This document shows, one piece after another, positions 56,859-64,000 of a stretch of 64,000 bases of DNA. A program made the translations under genes and the position numbers. The first letter of the stretch is position 1. The number at the start of each line of letters is the position of its first letter. The stretch covers positions 162,313-226,312 of the forward strand of contig JAJDCD010000008.1 of assembly GCA_029261035.1 (NCBI GenBank), read 5' to 3'. The DNA comes from Candidatus Omnitrophota bacterium (lineage in GTDB: Bacteria > Omnitrophota > Omnitrophia > Omnitrophales > JACROU01). Under the pieces are notes generated by a model, which was not told the origin of the DNA, searched no databases, and was given only the letters and a program-made list of their open reading frames with translations.

Positions 56859-56876
56859 TTGTAAAAAAGCTTACAA
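56859..56876. promoter_or_regulatory. Palindromic site upstream of the giant gene (CRP/FNR-family-like spacing)
   Basis: TTGTAA-aaaagc-TTACAA. Confidence 0.35.
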
Positions 56877-57147
56877 ACAAAGCACTTAACGTTGTTTTCA
56901 ATATAAAAGTATAGCACAGAGGCTACTATTTACCTATGCAAGGCCCCCACAAGAAGCCTAAGTCGTTTAAATTCAATTAGATAGGGGTATATAAAATTAA
57001 CTCTTCCAGATAAACGAATTAGAAGGAAATAGGAATTAGGTTGTTGGCCCACGAACCAGACAAAACACTGCGCTATCGCTTCGTAGTCGGTACGGGGCAC
57101 ATATCCGCTAAAATTTGCATGGCTATGCCATGCTGACATGTAGTATA

Positions 57148-57224
57148 TGGCGCGCCCGAGTGGATTCGAACCACTGACCCTTTGCTTAGAAGGCAAATGC
57201 TCTATCCAACTGAGCTACGGGCGC
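57148..57224 (-). tRNA. tRNA-Arg(TCT)
   Basis: GCGCCCGTAGCTCAGTTGGATAGAGCA-TTTGC-CTTCTAA-GCAAA...GGTTCGAATCC...CCA. Confidence 0.97.
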
Positions 57225-57315
57225 GTATTAAGTTACGTGCTTGTTGCGAAGTTCATACTGCCTGCCTGTTGAACGATAGCTACGGACAAAAACAAACCTG
57301 GCTTAGAAGGGACGT

Positions 57316-57343
57316 ATTATAAAAGAAATTGGGCAAAAAGCAA
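57316..57343 (-). promoter_or_regulatory. Putative sigma70 promoter of tRNA-Arg
   Basis: TTGCTT-16 nt-TATAAT. Confidence 0.45.
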
Positions 57344-57363
57344 ATTTCCCTTTGGAATGCTTG

Positions 57364-58191
57364 CTAAGAAAAGTCTACCAACTTATAAATCTCAATATTT
57401 TTCATAAAAGCTTCAGACTGTGACATTGTATTATCAGAATCAGACATAATACCAATTGCTTTTAAATTTTTGGTGGGCTTTTTACCAAACAAAAACTCAT
57501 AGTCCTTACGAATATCTCTCATCTCTCTTACCCACTCTTGAGGGTCCTCAGCAGAAGACTTTTGAACAACAAACGCTTTAACACGTTTTGTATAAGGGCT
57601 AGCAGAATAAGTCCCCTCTTCAAAATGATCATCCCAAACATATTGAATAATATCAGAAGTGAAAATAGTCTTACCTTCAAATATGGCATAAATTCTTAAA
57701 GGGTAATCATTGTCTAATTTCGAAGCGAATTTTTTATTTTTCTTATTAGAAGGAAATTCGGTTACCTTCCATTTCCATACCAAAATAGGGTTCTTTTCAA
57801 TATCTATATTTACTTTTCTAAATATTCCCGAAGAGGTCCCTCGGCTTGATGATTTAAGAACATTCTCACCTGTTTCATCCGAAGAAATTTCATATAAACT
57901 CTCCCCTTTAAATTTCTGGTGTCTCCACTCCTGAATATCCTTATCTTTTAGAAATTTAAATTCAACTAACCGTTTCAACTGATCTTCTGTATAAGGAAAT
58001 TGTTCATCTGGAAGTACAATTGTTTTGCTCGGAATTAGAGTCATGAAAGAGAATGGGTCAAAGAAATAAAGGACACTCCCCACAAGTGCCATAGAACAAA
58101 TAATCACATTCAGAGCGAGAAAACGCTTCGATCTCCAAAATGGTTTTTTTTCAGACATGTAAACTAGCCTTTCCAAGAAAGAAATGAGCAA
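57364..58191 (-). CDS. DUF3047-family membrane-anchored protein
   Basis: LVWKWKV..FP, DYPLRIY, IQYVW, RDI..DY..LFG, GIMSDSDNT; N-terminal TM; start may be 58158. Confidence 0.8.
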   Translation of the reverse strand: MLISFLERLVYMSEKKPFWRSKRFLALNVIICSMALVGSVLYFFDPFSFMTLIPSKTIVLPDEQFPYTEDQLKRLVEFKFLKDKDIQEWRHQKFKGESLYEISSDETGENVLKSSSRGTSSGIFRKVNIDIEKNPILVWKWKVTEFPSNKKNKKFASKLDNDYPLRIYAIFEGKTIFTSDIIQYVWDDHFEEGTYSASPYTKRVKAFVVQKSSAEDPQEWVREMRDIRKDYEFLFGKKPTKNLKAIGIMSDSDNTMSQSEAFMKNIEIYKLVDFS

Positions 58192-58249
58192 TAATTATAA
58201 TATCGAATAAAAAACAATAAAATGAATAATTTTTTAAAGAAATTGAATC

Positions 58250-58657
58250 CTAGACCTTCTTTGCCCTAGACGCATTATCAGGAGCATCTTTAAATCCAGA
58301 GCCTGGCGCATAGGCTACCTTTTTAAATCCATCACCATCCTTGTGGATAATGTCTTTCCAACCATTCTTCCATTCAACATAAGCTTTTGCATTTTTAAAT
58401 TCCCAGCTTCCTTCTTCTCCATTTTTCCAGTTACTAACTGCTGTGCCATCTTCCTTTAAGTTAATCAAGAAATTCTTTCCTTCAGAATCCGCAACTTCCC
58501 ACTGACCGACATACTGAACCCTCTCAACCTTCTTCTCTTTTGGATTTCCTTGCTGTTGTTGTAAAAAAATGGGATTAATAAAACCCTGAGCAAAGAGATT
58601 CGAACTTAGAAAGAATGTTATCAAGATAATTGAAGTTGAGATATTAAAAAGTTTCAT
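58250..58657 (-). CDS. Exported hypothetical beta-rich protein
   Basis: Signal peptide ending LFA, Trp-rich beta strands, GGGGAG RBS. Confidence 0.7.
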   Translation of the reverse strand: MKLFNISTSIILITFFLSSNLFAQGFINPIFLQQQQGNPKEKKVERVQYVGQWEVADSEGKNFLINLKEDGTAVSNWKNGEEGSWEFKNAKAYVEWKNGWKDIIHKDGDGFKKVAYAPGSGFKDAPDNASRAKKV

Positions 58658-58741
58658 TGTAAACTCCCCCGTTATTCAATTCGTTGAAACATTAAACAAC
58701 ATAAATAACAAACAGGCCTGCCTAGAAATTCTATTCAGATA

Positions 58742-60061
58742 TTAAATGTTTTTCAACAAAACATTCGCTTGAGCCCCTTCAATCTGACCCCTGAAAGATT
58801 CCATACATTCCGCTATCTTATTAAACTCCTTGGATTCATGAATCGGAATCATATTATTTCCAGAGTCCTCTAAAGCATCCAAAACCTTTTTAATAGTTAA
58901 CTCCTCAATAGGAGTTGCTGGCTGATAAGCATCTTCTTTTACAACAGATGATTTAACCTCAGAAAGAACACCGGCTTCAACTAAAGAGAATAAGACTTCG
59001 CGCACTAAACGAATAGGCAGTTCAAGCTCGTGTGAAATTTGATTCGCAGTAAGAGGAGCTTCCTCATTAGCAAACCTCTTTACACACAAATGAGTAACCC
59101 ACAGAGAAACAGATTTTCTAAATGAGTGACTAACACGTCCACAGTCGGGTTCAAACTCGTAAGTTTCTTCATTTTGAATAGCAAAAGAAATTTCAGCACC
59201 TAGCAAGACAACGAGCCAACTCACTTGAAGCCAAATTAAAAACAAAGGTAAAGCTGCAAAGCTACCATAAATAGCACCATACTTAGCTGCCCCAATTTGA
59301 AAATGGATATAGCCCCACTGTACTAATTGATAAATTGTTCCAGCAACCACACCAGCAATAAAACCTGATTTGATATCAACTTTTGAATTAGGCATAAACA
59401 CATAAATAAAAGTAAACAAAATCCATAAAACACAATAAGGAACCATTTTTAAAGCAGTAAAAATAAGAGGACTAAAAAACCCTAACAAAGATATTTTTTC
59501 TGTAATCACTGTAATTTGAGAAGTAATAAACACAGTAATACTACTAGACAATATAAACAAAATAGGACAAATTAACATAAAGGATAAATAATCACTAAAC
59601 TTACGAGCTAATGTTCGCGGCGTTTTAATCCCCCATATATCATTAAAAGCATGTTCAATATTCCCCAACATCTTTACTACAGCCCAAAAAAGAAAAGCAA
59701 CACCAATTCCAGCAACCAGACCACCACTGGTATTATCTAATAACGCTTTTGAAAAATCCATAATTCGAGTAAAAGCCTCTTCTTGTCCTTGCATATTTTC
59801 CATAACCTTGTCTTCAAGCATTTTCTCAAGGCCAAATCCTTTAGCAAATCCGAATGCCATCGCAAACAAAGGAACAATAGATAAAAGGGTAAAAAAAGTT
59901 AAAGAAGAAGCCCTTAGAAAACAGTTGTCTTCTTTAAAACCTTTTATAGAAAGAATGATCATTCGAAGATAACGAATTAAAATGGATTGTTTTCTTGACA
60001 ATGATTTAGAACGAATACGCCAAATATCTGTTGTCAGAAATTGAATTAATTTTGTAACCAC
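58742..60061 (-). CDS. YihY/BrkB-family inner-membrane protein with a C-terminal Rrf2-like wHTH
   Basis: RASSLTFFTLLSIVP, IEHAFNDIW, IYGSFAALPLFLIW, C-terminal HTH (LELPIRLVREVL..L..AGVL). Confidence 0.9.
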   Translation of the reverse strand: MVTKLIQFLTTDIWRIRSKSLSRKQSILIRYLRMIILSIKGFKEDNCFLRASSLTFFTLLSIVPLFAMAFGFAKGFGLEKMLEDKVMENMQGQEEAFTRIMDFSKALLDNTSGGLVAGIGVAFLFWAVVKMLGNIEHAFNDIWGIKTPRTLARKFSDYLSFMLICPILFILSSSITVFITSQITVITEKISLLGFFSPLIFTALKMVPYCVLWILFTFIYVFMPNSKVDIKSGFIAGVVAGTIYQLVQWGYIHFQIGAAKYGAIYGSFAALPLFLIWLQVSWLVVLLGAEISFAIQNEETYEFEPDCGRVSHSFRKSVSLWVTHLCVKRFANEEAPLTANQISHELELPIRLVREVLFSLVEAGVLSEVKSSVVKEDAYQPATPIEELTIKKVLDALEDSGNNMIPIHESKEFNKIAECMESFRGQIEGAQANVLLKNI

Positions 60062-60139
60062 AAGTACCTACCTTTGTTTACAAACACATATAAAGTTAAC
60101 ATGACAATTTTAACACATCTCTCTAAAAATCAAGCTCCC

Positions 60140-60838
60140 TTAGAGGCTAAACTGCTCAAATAAATCAATCCTCTTCCCACTTTGAATTAAAGTAACGGAA
60201 AGGCCCTTAAATTCATTTTTAGCTTTTTCCAAATAACTTCGAAGACGAATAGTCTGACCCTCCATTCCGAAACGAAACACAGGATTCTGACCTAAATCAT
60301 GAAGAATAACTAACCCCGATTTCAAACCAGAACTATGGATACACTTTTTAATAAATAAATCGTATTTCTCAATCTCTTGATTGAATACTTGCACAGGTAT
60401 AGAAAAATCGATCTTCCCCCACTCTTCCTCTACGGTCTTCTTTAAAACCCCAACAATCCCACTATAACGAATCAAACACTCTTCTCCAACACCTATCTTT
60501 CGTGAATAGTTCACTATCAGTTGAGACCATTGATTCCAATCAAAATTTTGAAGTCCCGAACCCATTTCAAGAACAATAATCTCAAAGGTATAAAAACCTC
60601 TTAGCATTTGTGCTGTGGATTTCAAAGTTCTTTCTAATAAATCAGAAAAAGACTTCCACACAAAAGCTTCTTCCTTATGAATCACATTAAACACAGAAAT
60701 TGGATATGGAATGTTGTTTTTCTGAGCTTCAAAACAAAGCATCTTCGGTGATTTTATCCCTATATATTTAAGATGTTGTAATGATTTAAAATGAGAAAAC
60801 ACCCCCGATTCCTTAAAATTCTGCTCCAAAACTTCCAT
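60140..60838 (-). CDS. Hypothetical protein translationally coupled to the helicase
   Basis: Long ORF; ATG 60838 overlaps the helicase stop (TAATG); no recognised motif. Confidence 0.65.
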   Translation of the reverse strand: MEVLEQNFKESGVFSHFKSLQHLKYIGIKSPKMLCFEAQKNNIPYPISVFNVIHKEEAFVWKSFSDLLERTLKSTAQMLRGFYTFEIIVLEMGSGLQNFDWNQWSQLIVNYSRKIGVGEECLIRYSGIVGVLKKTVEEEWGKIDFSIPVQVFNQEIEKYDLFIKKCIHSSGLKSGLVILHDLGQNPVFRFGMEGQTIRLRSYLEKAKNEFKGLSVTLIQSGKRIDLFEQFSL

Positions 60839-62772
60839 TACTCTACTCCATCCCACGAACTTTTATAAGCTCCTATAGACTCTACATACTTCAACCATTT
60901 CTTATAAAAAGGTAAACTAGACAAAGTAGCGCTATCTCCAATCACAATAAGTTTTCTTTTAGCCCGAGTTAAGGCTACATTCATACGCCGTGTATCAACC
61001 AAAAAACCCAACTCCCCTTCTGTGTTCGAACGTACCAACGAAATAATCACAACTTCTTTTTCTCTTCCTTGAAAACCATCAATACTATTCACTTCTATCT
61101 TTCTATTATCTATTTGTCTAGCAATAAACTTAACTTGTGCTCGATAAGGACTTATAACACAAACATCCTCTGGGAGAACCCCCGCGTCTAATAACTTTTT
61201 TAATTCCTGAGTCACTAACTGTGCTTCCTCTGGATTATAGCGACTCTCACTCCCCTTTTTCCTTTGTTCTTCAAAGCCTCTTCCAGCTGTGTCTATAAAC
61301 AAAACAGGAGCATCATCTCCTTCATCCTTGAATTGAACTCCTTTTAAATCACTCAAAACATGACTCGCAACAGATTTATCCGCAATCAATTTATTTTCAT
61401 AAAATTCTTGAGATGAAAAGTTCATAATTTTTTCATTCATACGGTACTGAACACGCAAAGTGGTTTTGTGATCTTCGTCTAACTTCTCTATAAAGCGCTC
61501 GAATAAACTTACATTCAAACCGCCTTTTTTCGCTTCGTCTGAAAAAACCGTTGGATGTAATTGTTTATGATCTCCTGCAAGAACCATCTTGTCTGCAAAC
61601 AAAAAAGGCACCCAGCTAAAAGGCTCTATCCCCTGAGTTGCTTCATCAATAATTACATAATCAAAAATTTGACTCTTTAAGAAAGGATCTAAAGACGTAA
61701 GGTGCGTTCCTAAATAGACGGAACCCCCATGCATAAGCTGTTCTTTGACATTTTTCTTCAATTCCTTAATCTGATTTCGCATAAACTTCATTTCATCTCG
61801 GGTTTGATTCCACTCACCCTTTCCAATCCATGTTCGTTCCTGCCTACGAGAACGCTTCTTATCTTTCAAATGAATTTCAGACTCATATTGATCAATAATT
61901 TCTGAATACGGATGATTTGCCAGTTGATAGTCAAGAGTGTATTCATGTAAATGTCTCATGATACGAGCAGGGTGCCCCAAACGAATACAAGGCACTTTTT
62001 CACGAACCAGACGTTCTAATAATTGATCACATGCCGTATTACTCGGCGTCGTAACAAATACAGACTTACCCTCTTTTTGAACCTGTCGAATTATTTCAAC
62101 AAGGACTGTCGATTTGCCCGTTCCAGGAGGTCCATGAATCAAAGAGATATCTTTTGAGGCAAGAGTTTTCTGAACTGCTTCTTGTTGCCATTGATTTAAA
62201 TCTGAATTCAGAAAAGAGATGTCCTTTAGAGCTAAAGAGCTAACTGCATTGCTTTTCTTTACTCCAAAACTCAAATCACGATAAAAAGCTAAACGATCAT
62301 TTTCTGCTGTAGCAACATTTCCCAAAGTATCTAGAACTCTTCGATAGCTAGAGCGCCCACTCGCAATATTAAGATGAAACACGCCGCCCTCAACAAGCCA
62401 ATCAGGCAAACGCCGATTAAAAGCTAGAACGATTTCTTCTTTATTTTTTTCGTAAACAGTACCGGAGGGGACTCCAAACAAATCATCTGCACTTTCGGAA
62501 ACACTAACAATATCACCTACATCTAGAGAAAATAAAGGCAGGTCTTTACCTTGACTAGAGACAAAGCTAACAAGTTGATGGTCCGAAGGAGAAAAGTGAA
62601 ATTGAATAGCTCGCATATTAAAAAGAGCTTTTCCAGTCTCTTGTCTTTGCGCAGGAGAAAGCCTAAGGAAAAACTCCTGATAACGCTCACTCTCAGCCTT
62701 CTCTTCAATCTCAAGTAGCTTCTTCAAATTAGAAAAATGCTTATCAATAGCTTTGCTCATTATAGTTTCCAT
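60838..62772 (-). CDS. SF1 helicase, Upf1/IGHMBP2-like
   Basis: GPPGTGKS, DEATQ, GDHKQL, QYRM, FQGREK, RRMNVALTRAK. Confidence 0.93.
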   Translation of the reverse strand: METIMSKAIDKHFSNLKKLLEIEEKAESERYQEFFLRLSPAQRQETGKALFNMRAIQFHFSPSDHQLVSFVSSQGKDLPLFSLDVGDIVSVSESADDLFGVPSGTVYEKNKEEIVLAFNRRLPDWLVEGGVFHLNIASGRSSYRRVLDTLGNVATAENDRLAFYRDLSFGVKKSNAVSSLALKDISFLNSDLNQWQQEAVQKTLASKDISLIHGPPGTGKSTVLVEIIRQVQKEGKSVFVTTPSNTACDQLLERLVREKVPCIRLGHPARIMRHLHEYTLDYQLANHPYSEIIDQYESEIHLKDKKRSRRQERTWIGKGEWNQTRDEMKFMRNQIKELKKNVKEQLMHGGSVYLGTHLTSLDPFLKSQIFDYVIIDEATQGIEPFSWVPFLFADKMVLAGDHKQLHPTVFSDEAKKGGLNVSLFERFIEKLDEDHKTTLRVQYRMNEKIMNFSSQEFYENKLIADKSVASHVLSDLKGVQFKDEGDDAPVLFIDTAGRGFEEQRKKGSESRYNPEEAQLVTQELKKLLDAGVLPEDVCVISPYRAQVKFIARQIDNRKIEVNSIDGFQGREKEVVIISLVRSNTEGELGFLVDTRRMNVALTRAKRKLIVIGDSATLSSLPFYKKWLKYVESIGAYKSSWDGVE

Positions 62773-62842
62773 TATCTACGAAAAGCGTGTTCCTAATTTA
62801 AAAGAAAAAAGGTCTTTACCAAATAGTATAACCCTACACTCT

Positions 62843-64000
62843 TTAAGATTTTAATTCCTGAGAAACTTCCTCAATAGCTTTCTTAGCATCGCTATAAAAA
62901 AGATAAGTCTTATCATCCTCAAATAATGGATTCTTAATCCCAGCAAATCCAGGACTTAAACTTCTTTTGATTACAACAACACTCTTAGCCTTATCCACAT
63001 TCAAAATAGGCATTCCGTAAATAGGACTACCCTTCTCATTTCGAGCAACTGGATTAGTCACATCATTAGCCCCAATAACTAGAGCTACATCAGCTTGATC
63101 AAATTCAGAATTAATCTGATCCATTTCGTATAATTTATCATAAGGAACATCCGCTTCTGCAAGCAACACATTCATATGTCCCGGCATTCTTCCCGCAACA
63201 GGATGAATCGCATACTTCACAACAACCCCTTTATCTTCTAATATTTTTTCTAATTCACGAACAGCATGCTGAGCACGCGCCACAGCCATCCCATACCCAG
63301 GAACAATCACAACCAGCTGAGCTCCATCCATCATCATCGCTACTTCTTCTGCCCCACAACTCTTTACCTGAGTGTACTCTTGATCTTTCTTTTCCGCAGA
63401 TGGATCAACCTTACCAAAAGTTCCAAAGGCTACATTCGTCAATGAGCGATTCATGGCTTTACACATAATCTGAGTTAAGATAAGTCCAGCAGCTCCAACT
63501 AAGGACCCTGCTACAATAAGAACATTATTCATTAACACAAATCCTGTCATGGCAGCAGCAACTCCTGAATAAGAATTTAAAAGAGAAATCACAACAGGCA
63601 TGTCCGCCCCACCAATCGGCAGCACAAGTAAAATACCCAATAAAGCAGAAAGCCCTGCAACAACCCAATAAAGATTCAAATTCGTTGGAGATATAGAAAT
63701 CCAAACACTTAAAACAACAATCGCTATAAAAATAAGTAGATTAAGAGTTTTCTGAAGAACATAAGTAATGGGTTGTTGCTTAACAAGGCTTTGTAATTTA
63801 CCAAAAGCAATTAGACTTCCTGTAAACGTGAGTATTCCAATGAAAGTACTAATCACAACCGAAACTAATACAAAGGTTCCTGTAGATGGCCAAGTTCTCA
63901 AAAGCTCTGAACAAGCAACTAAAGAAGAAGCTAATCCGCCAAAACCATTAAATAGAGCAACCAACTGAGGCATTGCAGTCATTTGAACCAAACTAGCAAA
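62843..64000 (-). CDS. pntB: NAD(P) transhydrogenase subunit beta (5' end outside the window)
   Basis: MTAMPQLVA.FNGFGG, GGADMPVVISLLNSYSG, PGYGMAVA, HPVAGRMPGHMNVLLAEA. Confidence 0.97.
   Translation of the reverse strand, partial: FASLVQMTAMPQLVALFNGFGGLASSLVACSELLRTWPSTGTFVLVSVVISTFIGILTFTGSLIAFGKLQSLVKQQPITYVLQKTLNLLIFIAIVVLSVWISISPTNLNLYWVVAGLSALLGILLVLPIGGADMPVVISLLNSYSGVAAAMTGFVLMNNVLIVAGSLVGAAGLILTQIMCKAMNRSLTNVAFGTFGKVDPSAEKKDQEYTQVKSCGAEEVAMMMDGAQLVVIVPGYGMAVARAQHAVRELEKILEDKGVVVKYAIHPVAGRMPGHMNVLLAEADVPYDKLYEMDQINSEFDQADVALVIGANDVTNPVARNEKGSPIYGMPILNVDKAKSVVVIKRSLSPGFAGIKNPLFEDDKTYLFYSDAKKAIEEVSQELKS

Noticed and set aside
56930-57196. 88-aa ORF
   Set aside because: Begins inside tRNA-Arg; no RBS or recognisable motif

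Overview
AT-rich chromosomal segment (roughly 35-38% GC by eye) from a diderm bacterium (lnt, lptE, BamD-like gene). Almost every gene lies on the minus strand. The gene mix (giant multidomain protein, bactofilin-HTH fusion, TIGR04073-like protein, non-lipoprotein BamD) suggests a PVC-group organism, most likely Omnitrophota; this is an inference. Housekeeping genes include lnt, secA, prfB with an intact +1 frameshift site, uvrC, murJ, rpsT, holA, lptE, comEC, leuS, surE, greA, iscS, cutA, uvrA, nadX, panD, panC, folK, dapL, pntB and three tRNAs (Leu-CAA, Ala-GGC, Arg-TCT). Accessory content is a 12-gene cluster for a carotenoid acyl-glycoside, an orphan exeA/exeB pair and a GH35-like glycosidase. 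The most striking feature is a 2858-aa protein: signal peptide, an EreA/ChaN/TIKI-like N-terminal domain, two ~1050-aa Ser/Thr-kinase-TM-helical modules and a short C-terminal domain, with each block bounded by a recurring [AG][AQ]SLG motif. It is a candidate self-processing, exported kinase polyprotein. Other oddities are a BamD with a ~770-aa coiled-coil tail, a bactofilin-HTH_17 plus membrane-anchored HTH_17 pair, a catalytically degenerate AcpS, and a 100-nt hairpin element supplying a stop codon. No CRISPR array, rRNA, transposase or integrase was seen.
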